NCBI RefSeq assembly: GCF_006345805.1
Contig: NC_042997.1
Span: 125,178,001-125,242,000 of the forward strand
Length of the DNA stretch: 64,000 nt
Direction of reading: 5' to 3'
From: Octopus sinensis
Lineage: Eukaryota
The position numbers were made by a program, and so were the translations under genes. Each line of letters begins with the position of its first letter. The stretch's first letter is position 1. Under the pieces are notes generated by a model. It searched no databases. It was given only the letters and a program-made list of their open reading frames with translations, and was not told the origin of the DNA. Below, one piece after another: positions 39,893-53,218 of this stretch.

Positions 39893-40454
39893 CACGTGAG
39901 TGTATGTGCTTGTTAGCGTACATAACTTTATATGTGAGACATTATGTGTGTTTGTACAAGTAAACTTTTCATTTAAACTCAGGAATGACAAGAGGTTTTA
40001 AAATGTCGCGCACGTATTCCGGAAAGCTGTTTTATGAAAGAAGTTAGCTTGTCTTCACTTAATATAGATTGTAGAGAGTTGTAAGCTGTATAAGAAGCAC
40101 AGCTGGTGCACACTGCGACAAGCTGAATGTTGTGATGGAATAGCTATCGGCTAAATGTGAATAGTACAACTCGTGCAAAGCACTGACAGAGGTGCCAGGA
40201 AGTAAGCGAAAATAATTCAGAAGAGAAACCATAACACGTCATTGTCATTTTGAGAGACGTCTATTCATAATTCCTAATATAAGTCACACGACGAAAATGC
40301 ACATTGTGCACTGTGCAATTGCTGCAAGACGTCAAGGTGGTTAACCTAAAAACATGGAAGGTACTCGTAAACACACGTACATAAACACATGCATGTATAC
40401 GTACATACATACATACATATATACAAACATACATATATATGTATATATATATGC

Positions 40455-40507
40455 GTTATTATTACAGTTATTACGTGTATGTATGCTGAGTGTGTAAGTA
40501 TATCTAT

Positions 40508-40557
<50 letters not shown>

Positions 40558-40617
40558 CTATCTATCTATCTATCTATCTATCTTATATATATATATATAT
40601 ATTATATATATATATAT

Positions 40618-40675
<58 letters not shown>

Positions 40676-40716
40676 TACTTATTCAGCATAATACACGTAA
40701 TAACTGTAATAATAAC
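40455..40716. repeat. ~260-bp imperfect palindrome: unique arm-(CTAT)n-(TA)n-(ATAG)n-inverted arm
   Basis: GTTATTATTACAGTTATTACGTGTAT..ATGCTGA..TAAGTATATCTAT versus the reverse complement of 40670-40716. Confidence 0.85.
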
Positions 40717-41496
40717 ACAAGCATAATAATAATAATATAATAATAATAATAATATAATAATAATAATAATAATATATAATAACAATAATAATAACAATAA
40801 TAATAATGATAATGATGATGATAATAATAATACTAGATTTTTATAGATATCTATATTTGTTTGAATTAGCATATGAGGTAAACACTGTCATCACTTGTCT
40901 ATTTATAGGAAAATATGTTTACACATTACAGAAGAATCTACCATATAACAGTCTTACTGTACATGTATTACTGTATGTTTCCAGAAGGTGACTTTTAGAC
41001 ACACAACACTAAAAAAGAAGAAAAAAGAGAGAAAAATTACATATTATTGAAATGTTCCAGTATGAAAATGTTTTAATAATACTAAATGTATTTTAGTGTA
41101 TAGTGTAGCCCAAAGGGGTTTTGCATAAAAGAAGAAACTTATTTTACTGAGCGGGAACTATCTTCACTGTCGTTCAGTTCCAAAGCTGAAGGTGTGTTTT
41201 TTTTTATCGATGAATTTCAATTCCGACATATCTACGCTGGATTTTTCCTACTCCATTCCCTAACTTCGGATTTTTATTCGAATACACAGTTGCTTACCGT
41301 GATCTGTAAAATATTTATTTTTCAGCTAAACGAACTTCGAATTTGGAAATATTTACAACCTTCCACGTCAATAAAACCACTCTTGTTCCTGAAAGTTGCT
41401 CTTATACTATCTACGGACTGCTCAAAGCTCACTAACTTCCTACAACTGGATCCTTGGATCTCCCCTTAAATTTAATATATATATATATATATATAT

Positions 41497-44400
41497 ACCA
41501 GACCACCACAGCAAACAGACACAGGATGGACACCGCCGGCAACAACGTACACCTCACCTCGATGCTCCTACTGAACATCAGAGGACTGCAAACACTCAGT
41601 AACAGGACAAAGATCCCGTTCCTGAGAGACTTTGTTGCATGCAATCAAGCCTTATGCATAGCACTTACAGAAACGCACCTGAAACCGGACATAGCAGCAT
41701 GCGGAGTTACACATACCACAGTATGCTGTACTACGGACCGACAGGAAAGAAAGGAGTCATGGAGTGTTGCTATGTACATCCGTGAGGATCTCACACCCCA
41801 GGTCCTCTTGTCATACTCAAACTCGGTGTGTGACACACTAATTGTACATTAGGCAACTTGATGTAGTTGTGTGTGCTACATATCGCCCTCCAGATGCCCC
41901 AAGCCATGTGGGCAAGTTTGAAGACTGCCTTATAAAAATAGAAGAAATTCTAACCACATTAGAACAACACATAGGTGTGCTTCTTATGGGAGACTTCAAT
42001 CTGCCCAATGTCAGATGGCCCGAGGGCCTTTCTCTCCCAGGAATGACAAGATGTGAACAAGGACAGGCGAGGTCCCTCCTGAACCTCATCAACACCCTGT
42101 ACATGGAGCAGGTAATACTCCAACCAACCAGGGCAGGTAACATGGATCTCATCCATAATGTGAAAGTGACACCGACACTACTCTCGGATCACAACATGAT
42201 AGAGCTGACCATGTACGGGCCAAAAGAGAGCACGGACATGCAGCCTACAAGAAACCCTCAAAATCTTTCCAGCTTGAACTACCATAAGGCAAACTGGAAA
42301 CAAATTGAGAAAGAGATCCTCAAACAAAACTGGCCTAAATGTCTCTCCTCGCCAGACATCGACGTGAAACTTCAACAATTCATGTCTGTAATGCAAGCCA
42401 TATGCTACAAATGTGTCCCAGAGAGAAAGGCACTGTACACAAGAACAAAATCCCCAGAGAGAGGAAAATTTTAATGAGACGGCGTACGAAATTTTCAAAT
42501 CGCCTAACAAACAGATTGAAAGCAGTGAAAAGTCCCGCCTAAAAATAAAACTGTTGAATCGAAAATGTCTGCAACTCTCCCATGAAAAAGAAAGAGCAGA
42601 CAAAGAAGCCTGGGCTATAGAAAACATAAAATCTAACCCCAGAGCTTTCTACAGGTATGCCAAAGAACAGCTACAGTGTACTGTAGAATAGGGCCACTCC
42701 TCGAAAAGGATGGTACACTTACAGGAAAACCAATGAGGGTAAGTGAAATACTGAATGAGCATTCAAGAGTGTTTTCACTCCACCCCTCGGGCATCTCCAA
42801 ATCACCAATCCAACTGACTTTTTTACCACTGCAGATATAAAATCAGAGGCGGCGACGATAGATTACATCGATATAAAGGAAGACGATGTAACCAAGGCTA
42901 TATTGAAATGAAAACAGACTCAGCTACTGGCCCCGATGATTCCCGGCAATCCTCCTAAAAGCATGTAAGAGAGTCCTAGCAAGACCACTGCAGTTCCTCT
43001 TTCAGAGCTTCCTTGCAGCTGGCAAACTTCCAGGAAAACTGAAGGAAGGTAAAATATGCCCCATTCATAAGGAGGTAGCAGAGCGGAAGCCAAGAACTAT
43101 AGACCTATCTCTCTGACCTCACACATCAGCAAGGTCATGGAACGAATAGTCAGAAGGAAGCTGATCACCTCCTTGAAGAGAATGACTTGCTGCCCGACAC
43201 CCAACATGGTTTCCGACCAGGGAAAGCTGTTTAACTCAGCTCCTACAACACTATGACTGGGTGCTGAAACGGCTGCTCAACCACTCAAATGTGGAAGTCA
43301 TATATCTCGACTTTGCAAAGGCCTTTGATAAAGTCGATCATGGAATGATATGTCACAAACTGCGTGATCTCAACATAGTTGGAAAACTGGAGAATGGCTT
43401 CATGACTTTCTGAAGGATAGAAGTCAGGTGGTATAGCCAATGGGGCCACCTCCATTAACACACAATAGTGAGCGGTGTTCCGCAGGGCACTGTTCTGGGA
43501 CCACTACTGTTCATAATGGCCCTCTCAGACATGCTCTCAGCCACGCAGAGAGCCACGATCACAAGTTATGCAGATGGTACAAAAGTTTCACAGGCAATAC
43601 AGAACCCTGAGGACACTAAACACCTGCAATGTGAGCTGGACGAAATATACAAGTGTGCTGAAAAGAATAGCATGCAGTTCAATGCTGGAAAGTTTCAAGC
43701 TTTATACTATCAGCATGCAAAACTGAATGCAATACCCAATGAATACACTGGACCCGGAGGGATTGCAATCCCAGAGGCACAATCAGTGCGTGACCTGGGT
43801 ATTCACATGAGTGATGACGCGACCTTTCATGTACATGTTGCTAAACTGACAATGAAATGTAGACGGCTGGCTGGATGGATTCTTAGAACCTTTAGAACAA
43901 GAGAACAAGAAACCATGATGGTCCTCTGGAAGACACTTGTCCTAAGCCACTTTGACTATTGCTCTCAGCTATGGTCACCATCCAGTGTCAAGTTGATCAC
44001 AGAACTTGAGGCGATCCAACGAAGCTACACGAAGAATATCCTCTATGCAGAATGTAAGCTACTGGGAAGACTCAAGAGATTAAAATTATATTCCCTGGAG
44101 CGTAGGCGGGAAGATATGCCATATATACATCTGAAAGCCTGGAGGGAAGTATCCTGAACTTTGGCATCGAGAGTTACGCAATGCCAGAACTGGGCGCCAC
44201 TGCGTGGTGCCTAGGACTCCAAACCTGCCATCAAGATGTAGGACAAGATTCTGTGATAGCCTGGGCTTCCGAGGCCCACAGCTCTTCAATATCCTCCCGA
44301 AGAACCTGAGAGACTGCATGGGGTGGATACAGATGTCTTTAAAATGAAGCTGGATCTCTTCCTGTCAGGTGTCCCAGATGACCAACTTCACGGCAGGAGG

Positions 44401-44535
44401 GGCAGATGAGGGCAGCTGCATCGAACTCTCTCATGCACCAAATAGCAGTTGCTAGAAAGCCCCATGAAGTAAAACCAAGTAGCAACACCAATGGCGGTGC
44501 CCCAGCATGGCCACAGCTCATAAGCTGAAACTAGA
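41497..44535 (+). mobile_element. CR1-group LINE (APE-RT ORF2, frameshifted) with (ATCA)n tail, between (TA)n tracts
   Basis: LLNIRGL, ALTETHL, YRPP, LMGDFN, LSDH; DFAKAFDKVDH by manual reading; SGVPQGTVLGPLLF, YADGTK, DYCSQLWSP, LKLYSLERRR; tail 44535-44567. Confidence 0.9.
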
Positions 44536-44565
44536 ATCAATCAATCAATCATCAATCAATCAATC

Positions 44566-44603
<38 letters not shown>

Positions 44604-44641
44604 AAGAAATATATATGTATATATATATATATATAATATAT

Positions 44642-44870
44642 ATTTCTTTACTACCCACAAGGGGCTACACACAGAGGGGACAAACAAGGACAGACAAACG
44701 GATTAAGTCGATTACATCGACCCCAGTACGAAACTGGTACTTTATTTATCGACCCCGAAAGGATAAAAGGCAAAGTTGACCTCTGCGGAATTTGAACTCA
44801 GAACGTAACGTCATACGAAATACGGCTACGCATTTCGTCCGGCATGCTACCGTTTCTGCCAGCTCGCCTT
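44642..44870 (-). mobile_element. SINE family B
   Basis: Reverse complement of 1051-1281. Confidence 0.9.
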
Positions 44871-44887
44871 TGGTTTGCAAGAGTCAA

Positions 44888-44955
44888 GACTATTGAAAAG
44901 GTTGCAAAGAAAATGACTCTCCCCAGACACAACAGTATATATGTATATATATTAT

Positions 44956-44998
<43 letters not shown>

Positions 44999-45053
44999 TA
45001 TACTGTTGTGTCTGGGAGGGTCATTTTCTTTGCAACATATATATACATATATA

Positions 45054-45123
<70 letters not shown>

Positions 45124-45170
45124 TGTTGTGTCTGGGGAGAGTCATTTTCTTTGCAACCTTTTCAATAGTC
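44888..45170. repeat. Perfect 50-bp inverted repeat enclosing (TA)n and a partial extra arm
   Basis: 44888-44937 is the exact reverse complement of 45121-45170; a third 36-bp variant arm at 45001-45036. Confidence 0.9.
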
Positions 45171-45194
45171 CAAAAACGAAATATATATATATAT

Positions 45195-45330
45195 ATAGTT
45201 GAAATTTACAGGTGTATAAACAACAAGGAGATGTATTAGTTTGATGCCCTCGAAGGTGAGAAAGTCTTTTTTCGTTTGTAGCCTTCGCTCTTCAGCAGAA
45301 AGGAACACGAGGAAATAAACAAAGAGGGAA
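45195..45330 (-). mobile_element. Short interspersed repeat homologous to 25600-25730
   Basis: See the 25600 entry. Confidence 0.55.
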
Positions 45331-46552
45331 TAAAAAATCTTTTGTAGTCAATATATATATATATATAATATATATATATATTATACTGGAACACAAATTC
45401 TTATGGGTTGGCCTCTCCAAAGCTAGAGCTCGGTTCAGTAAAATTTCAGATCCAGACAATCTGAAACGTATTAAGTAAACCATCAAACTTTTCACCACGT
45501 TAACTTTCGTTTCACCACATTACCTTCCGTCTCCGATTGCTGGAAATTTGAGTGTGTGTTACAGTTGACTGTATCTTCTCCATTATTTGGCTAGTACCAG
45601 ATCGATGAAATCCAAGTTGACATCGGTGGAATTTGAGCTCAAAACGTTAAGAGCATGAACAAATGTGACCAGGTATTTTTTAGACGATCTAACAATTCGG
45701 CCACACCACCACCCTTCATAATACCATAACGTCGGAGTTTTTTTTTATTGTATAGGGAAAAAGGCCAGCAATTTTGAGGGGCGGGGTGTAGTTGATACCA
45801 TTTATCCCAATATTTGACCGGCACTTTATTCCATCGACTTCGTTGGGATGAATGCAAAGTTGGCTCCAGTGAGATTTGAACTCCAAATTTAAACAACGGG
45901 AACAGCCACCTAACATTATTTGTTGTTTGTTTTTGTATCTGACGCTCTAACGGTTCTGTCAAACTGCCGCCCTTGATAATAACATAATAATAACAATAAA
46001 TAACGAGTTTCAGAATTAAACACTGATGCGAAATAATAATGGAGAAATGATTCTGTCACAGTGTAAACGTCATAAAGTGTCCACTTCCCCTGTTGTCTGC
46101 TAAAATATACGTTGTTCAATGAAGCATATAATACGATCAATCAGATGTCAAGAGGTAAAAGGAACTGCTCTAAATTGATAGCAAATATCCCATTAACTTA
46201 TGAGATTGCTTTTACTACCACGTTTTAGCAATTCATCATCCCCTGTCATTATTTTTGTTGACGTTGTTGTCGTTGTTATTGTTGCTATTTGTTTTGGTTT
46301 ATGGCTTAGTCAGACGTAGAACGACAGCACCTATTATTACCCACCAGTTACAGGGCCACTGAGAGTGATAAAGGTAGGTGAAGATATATTTCGGTATTCT
46401 CTGACCGCAGATGTGGTCCGAATGCTTTCAACAAACCGAACTCAAATGAAATTCAACCACAGTCCAGGTTCAAGCATTAAATTGGGGGATAGAAACCAAA
46501 TTAAATCTACCACAGACGAAATTGTTATTGTTATCATTATTACTATTATTAT

Positions 46553-46610
<58 letters not shown>

Positions 46611-46611
46611 C

Positions 46612-46766
46612 TACGACGGGATTCTTTCAGTTTCCGTCTACCAAATCCACTCACAAGGCTTTGGTCGGCCCGAGGCTATAGTAGAAGACACTAGCCCAAG
46701 GTGACACGCAGTGGGACTGAACCCGAACCATGTGGTTGGTAAACAAGCTACTTACCACACAGCCAC
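46612..46766 (-). mobile_element. SINE family C, 5' half
   Basis: Same head as 35055-35213. Confidence 0.85.
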
Positions 46767-46811
46767 ATTATTATTATTATTATTATAATTATTATTATTA
46801 TTATTATTATT

Positions 46812-49800
46812 ACTTTTTTTCTTCTTTCAAATTTGCTTCCATTTCTTGCCGAGTGTCTTCCCGACTCCTAGGGCAAAGAAACTCATAGTATACATTGGTA
46901 GGCCATTAAACCAAACTCAATAGTTCGTTCATTTTTTTATTTTTTTTTAAAGTTAAATTAAAATACATGAGCAGCAACAGTTCTCACATCGACAATGCTC
47001 TTCTCAATACGTGTGATGTACCAGTTAAGACAATCTTTTGCACTTCTTGCAGGGATGGTAAGCCAGGGATCATTCTCATATAATTTTCGGTTTCCTTCTT
47101 GATCATTCCTAGTGCTCCTACGATCACTGGTATTGTAACCGCCTTGAGATGCCACATTTTCTCAATTTCAATGAGTAGGTCTTTATATTTTCTGAGCTTG
47201 TCAAACTCTTTCGCTGAGATATTATGATCACAGGGGATGCTCATGTCGATCAATAAGCAAACTTTATTGTTTTGGTCTTTCACAACAATATCTGGTTTAT
47301 TGGCCTTGATGGTTCGGTCTGTATGTATTGGAAAGTCCCACAGAATGGTTACATTTTCTCCTTCAGTTACAGCCTCAGGGTGGTGATTATACCACTTGTC
47401 GGCAGTTTTGATATTGTAATGCCGACTTATTAGCCAGTGTAGATATTGGCCAACTCTGTCATGTCTTAATTTATACTCCACTGGAGCTAAGACTTTACAT
47501 CCAGAGATTAGGTGGTCCACTGTTTCAATCATGTCGTTACAGAATCGGCATTTTGGGTCTGCTCCATTTTTCATCACATTGGCCTGGTAGTTCCGGGTTA
47601 ATAGGCTTTGATCTTGAGCAGCCAGGATGAAACCTTCGCTCTCTGCTTTTAGCCCTGAGCTCCGTAGCCACTGATGGGTTTGCTTCTGGTCAACATCAGC
47701 TTGTTTGCTGCGGGTCACATATTTGCCGTGCAGAGGTTTCTCCTCCCACCTATCAGCCAATTGCTCGTGCGCTTTTTTCGTTGCCATTATTTTCACCTTC
47801 TTTGCAACAATAATTGCCGTACTTCCCTCGGGTTGTTCTGTTTGGGTATCCTGCACGAGATCAATAGCAATTTTTTTGCTTTCCTTTATGATAGAATGAA
47901 GCTTCTTTCGTCTCTCGTGATTTTCCACGAGCTTTAGCATCCAGTCATTCGATATTTCGAGATATTTGGCCAGTCCAATTGTGGTTGTTTTGTAAGCTAG
48001 TTCAAATTGGATCAGGCCTCGACCTCCTTGGGCTCTGGGAAGGTAAAGGCGATCTACGTCTGCCTTTGGGTGGTGCATCCTATTACAACTCAGCAGCTTG
48101 CGTATTTTCCTATCTATATTTTTTACTTCACTCATATTCCAGTTCAACACATTGTAGCTATAAGTAACAACTGGAACTGCTAAGGAATTTATAGCTAACA
48201 CCTTGTTACGTGCATTTAGTTCAGATTTCAGGACTGCACGAACTCTCCTATAACATTCCTTCCTGATCTTCTCTTTCATGCTGAATACCAGAGCCTTCAT
48301 TTATCCCTAAATATTTGTATGTTTGTTCTTGCTCAAGCTCTCTTATGACTGTGTCAACATCTAACACGACTGAGTTTGTGGTCTTCACTTTCCCTTTCTG
48401 GAACGTGGCCTTGGCACACTTCTCAAGTCCAAACTCCATCCCGATGTCATCGCTGAATGCTTTCACAGTGCGCAATAGGCCTTCAAGTTCATTATTGTCT
48501 TTACCATAAAGTTTTAAGTCATCCATATAAAATAGATGGCTTATTTTTTTCTTGGCAATTTTATACCCATACCCTGTTCTGTTTAATTCACTTGTAAGGG
48601 GTATTAGGGCTATGCAGAATATTAAAGGTGAAAGTGAGTCACCTTGAAAAATTCCACAGTTGATGTTTATATTTTCTGAGGCAAGTACTCCATTAGAGTG
48701 GTATAATTGGAGATTCGTATTCCACAACGACATATTGTGCTTCAGGAAGTTTGAAATCACAGGGGAAATTTTGAAGATGTCCAGCGATCTCAAGATCCAT
48801 GGATGCGGTATACTGTCGAAGGCATTTTTATAGTCAATCCATGCGGTGCTGAGATTTCTGCGCTTGTTGTGACAGTTCTCAAGGATCATACGATTGATTA
48901 GCAGTTGATCTTTGCATCATTTTATACGTGGTGGATAGACAGGTTATAGGCCGATAGCTTTTTGGAAGGTTGGTTTCCTTATTCTTTGGGAGTAGGTAAG
49001 TAATGCCACTTGCTAACCATTCAGGTGTTTTCTTTGGGTCTCTCATAATTCCATTGAGCAGCTGAACTAGCTTACCGTGTGCGCATGGGAGCGATGCGAG
49101 CCAGAAATTCGGCACCCTATCTTTACCGGGGGAATTCCAATTATGGGCCTTCGTGAGTGCCTTTCTTAGGTCTGCTATTGTGATGTCTTCCCATGCTTGT
49201 TGTTGTAAATTTTGGTAGGATCCTTCAGTTTGTATAATCCAGTCTGCATTTATGTTGTACGTCTTCTTGTCACTCCAAATACTTTTCCAAAAGTTTTGAA
49301 CTTCTTCCATGGGATGGGGGTCTTTAACGGTTACTTTCTCCTTCCCTATTTCTCTGTAGAATTTTTTGGCATTGGATGTGAACAGCTTATTTTGCTTGTA
49401 AGACTTGTTTCTCTTCTCAAATCTTCGTATTCTTTGGGCTTTTGCATGGACTTTTTGTTTCAGCGTTTCTTTTATTGATATCAGTTCTTCTCTTGGTGAG
49501 GATCCAAATTTTCTCTTCATCTTTCTTCCTGTTCTGGATCTTACATCATTTCCACATATTAGTTAATTTAATATTGATATTTCCCCTCTCATAAATTCAA
49601 TCTCTTTTTCAATTTTACTTCTCCAGGTTTGATTTCTTCCCAGGTTGGTTTCTTTGTTTTTTCGGGGGCATACAGCTGGTTTCAATTGCCCTAGCAGAAG
49701 CGTAAATAATTTCATTTAACTCAGTAAAATCAGGTTTTAATTCTCATATTATTTCATTTGTTACATAGCTGCCAATTTGGATTTGTTTTTTATTTTGGTT

Positions 49801-50678
49801 TGTATTTGAGAGTTTATGAAGTGGTTCTCTATCATTCATACTTGTATGTCTTACAACTTCAAGTGTATTCAGGATTTTCTGCCTCATTTCTGCCATAGAC
49901 TCTCTGTGTTCTTCAGCAAATGCGAGATCTTCAGTTATTGTTGTTTTTTCGTTTTCCTGGCTATCTTTAACAGGTACAATAGAATTTCTTGTATCTTCAG
50001 GCCTTTGCGTACTTTGGTCAGATGGCAGTCTTTCAATTAAGCCTCGTGGCGGGCTATACTGTTCATCTGATTCTTCATTTCCTTTGTGTCTTATATTTAT
50101 GTCATTTTCCGTTGCGTGCTTGATCGCACTTATTTCACTGTCTGTGAGTCTGTTATTTCTAAGGATATCCCTCCTCACATTTGCTAATTTGTTCTCGTCC
50201 AAATAGGGCCTACTGTTTTGATTCCGTGTTCTCCATATACTGTAAGAGTTTGCGGTGTGTCTCTCTTGAGATGGCCTACCTAATGCATAGTAATAAGCGT
50301 ATATTACTTCTTTATACTCTTCTCGGGTCCATTTGTTCCGCTTACATTTTTCTTTCTGTGGTGGTTGTGGTGGTGAACTTGGAGGGCTCGAGTTGGGGGA
50401 TTTCCCGTTCAAGTGACCATCCATGTCCGTATTCGGAGAAGAGTTTGTGCCAGTTGATGACTTTTCGATCCCAGGCTGGCTCTTCCCTGGGGGACGCGCT
50501 TCCAGATTAACCATAGGACAAGCGATTTGGTATACTGATTTAGTTTTCCTTTTAGTTTCCAAAAACATTTTGGTGCTACGATAATGTTATCATTTTTTAG
50601 CTTTGGTTGGCTCGTGGGGAGACGGCCATCATTGCCGTTACAATTATAATCGTACCATTATAGCAGCCGTAGTCGGCT
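46812..50678 (-). mobile_element. Near full-length R4/Dong-like non-LTR retrotransposon (RT, CCHC, REL), family 1
   Basis: ORF pieces 49744-50568, 48879-49520, 48248-48889, 46984-48300: YRPITCL, GIFQGDSLSP, YMDDLKLY, CRFC..ETVDHLISGC, RHDRV, KPDIVV..LIDMSIP, KYKDL; 3' end in (TAA)n 46768-46811. Confidence 0.92.
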
Positions 50679-51772
50679 TATTATTGTTATTATCATCACC
50701 ATTATATCACTATCATCATTATCACCACCATTACCATCATCATTATCATCATCACCATCACCACCATCATCATCAATGATATTGTTTTATGTGTAGTCAC
50801 AGCAGTATCTTATTATTGTTATTTTTGTTTTTTATCCTTATCACCATCACAGTAGTGTCTGTCTGTCTCGTTGGCTGGCTTGATGGTTGGCTGGCTGACT
50901 GTCTTCAATGCCAGAGTTCTTGCCTGTCAAATAATACTTTCATATTTGGTTAACAATAGAGGTGAGGTGAGGTTTGTGTTGGTTGAACTCTTTGAGTGTG
51001 TGTGTGTGTGTAGATAGATAGATTATCAGCACTATTACTATCATTATTATCATCATCACCATCATCACCATCACCACCAGTGATATATTTAATTTTTTTT
51101 TTTATTTTTAGGTGGGGTCAGAAAAAGTTCAGATGTTTACTACTATTAGCCTTAAGAAAAATTAAGGAAGGGCTGTTCTGTATTGTTTGTGAATAGAGAA
51201 GTTGTGTTCGACCAGAGAGAATCTTAGCATCATCATTTTTTTTTCCATGTGCGTTTGTGTTATTGCAATAAAAAGTGTTTGTATATTTCGTGTAAGGTAA
51301 TATTGTGGAGGTTGAAGTTGACTTTTCTAGAGATGTTTGTATGTCCAGTTAGAAGAACAGGTGTGTTTTTGCAATAAAAAGTATATGTTTACATTTATAT
51401 TTGAATATTCTGGGAGGAAGCAAAGAAAAGTCAGATTTTCATAGAAAGTTTTAGGGTTTTGTAAGTCCACAAAAAGAAAAGCGTGATGTTTTTAGAGAGA
51501 GGAAAAAAAAAAAAAAAAAGGGGGTGCTTACAGAGGCAGTTGTGGGTATTAAAGTTTTTAAAGCCGATCGGATGTATGTTTGAAAGCTGCAGATATGTAA
51601 ATTTGTAAATTTCTTAACCCACTTTGGAGAGAATTTCAAATACTCACGAGGTATTGTAGATGTTCCAGTGTTTGAGAGTTATTTTTCCCGTTGCTAAACT
51701 GGCCCATATTAGTGTTTCTATGGCTTTCGGCCACCGAACTGTCAGAGCAGTGAGGAACACGTCCAGCCGCTC

Positions 51773-51874
<102 letters not shown>

Positions 51875-52427
51875 GAGTGAGAGAGCAGTTCATGCCATCA
51901 AAGTGACACTGGGGTAAAATATACGAAGCCCAATATACCCATCATGACTACCCGTCTGATAAAGGTACACCAGGCACATGCATCACAACCATATGTGCGC
52001 GACATGGTGATCTCATATCAAGATAAACAGCACATGACCTTGCAGGTGGAGCCCAGTTAGAATTTTCTTCAGATCGAGTAACCCATCCCGCTCAAAAGGT
52101 CCCTGAATAAGGGTTGTTTAAGGATGTTGAAAGAACCACCCATGTTTCCAGAGGTGAACTATTCAAACCCCAAAGAATCCCTCTCAACACATGGCTATGA
52201 TGCTCCCCCACTACTTCTGCTCGTGATCAGAGATGCACATATCGTCAGCCACTAAGGACATGCTCAACTGGTTAAGGTCAAACAACTGACAAGCAAATCT
52301 GTGGTATTGAGCAGAATATTTGCTGTAGCCCATCTTTTATACCAAGACAAAACAATGTACATGATAACACTTCCAATCAGTTAAGATCAGAAGCCATGAG
52401 AGCCACTGCCTGGTACTGCATCAGGGC

Positions 52428-52430
<3 letters not shown>
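51875..52430. mobile_element. ~556-bp non-coding interspersed element in (ATT)n, copy 1
   Basis: Diverged second copy at 52539-52961 and terminal fragment at 58855-58905; no ORF. Confidence 0.75.
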
Positions 52431-52474
<44 letters not shown>

Positions 52475-52496
52475 TATTATTATTATTATTATTATT

Positions 52497-52529
<33 letters not shown>

Positions 52530-52538
52530 ATTATTGTT

Positions 52539-52961
52539 GAGTGAGAGAGCAGTGCATGCCATCAAAGTGACACCGGGGTAAAATATACGAAGCCCAGTAT
52601 ACCCATCATGACTACCCGTCTGATAAGGGTACACCAGGCACATGCATCACAACCAAATGTGCGCGACAGGGTGATCTCATAACACGGTCACAGCACATCA
52701 CCTTGCAGGTGAGGGCCCAGTTAGAATATTCTTCTGGTCGAGTAGCCCATCCCGCTAAAAAGGTCCCTGAATAAGGGTTGTTTAAGGATGTTGAACAAAA
52801 CACCCGTTTCCAGAGGTGAATTATTCAAACCCCAAAGAATCCCTCTCAACACACGACTATGATGCTACACCACTACTTCTGCTCGTGATCAAAAATGCAC
52901 ATATCGTCAGCCACTAAGGGACATGATCAACTGGTTATGGTCAAACAAGTGACAAGCAAAT
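52539..52961. mobile_element. Same element, copy 2, truncated by a family C SINE
   Basis: Colinear with 51875-52300 with scattered substitutions. Confidence 0.75.
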
Positions 52962-53218
52962 GTATAGTCGAGCAAATCGACCACAGGACTTATTTTTTAT
53001 AAGCCTACTACTTATTCCAGTAGTCTCTTTTACCGAGCTGCTAAGTTACGGGGAGGTAAACACACCAGCATCGGTTGTGAAGCCATGGTGGGGAGACAAT
53101 TACAGACAGGCTTCTTTGAGTTTCCGTCTGCGAAATCCACTTACCAATGTGCCACACAGTGGGACTGAACCCGGAACCATGTGGTTGGTAAGCAAGCTAC
53201 TTACCACACAGCCACTCC
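52962..53218 (-). mobile_element. SINE family C, internally deleted
   Basis: AGTCGAGCAAATCGACC...TTTCCGTC...GGAACCATGTGGTTGGTAAGCAAGCTACTTACCACACAGCCAC. Confidence 0.8.

Noticed and set aside
50570-50680. Possible HDV-like ribozyme at the 5' end of R4 family 1
   Set aside because: A P3/L3-like CGTCTCCCCACG and a short GGCT/AGCC pairing are visible, but I could not place the P1.1 GG or P2; needs a covariance-model search
51875-52961. Repeat-spacer-like arrangement that might suggest a CRISPR array or satellite
   Set aside because: Units are ~550 bp, only two, diverged, and in a eukaryotic context with no cas genes
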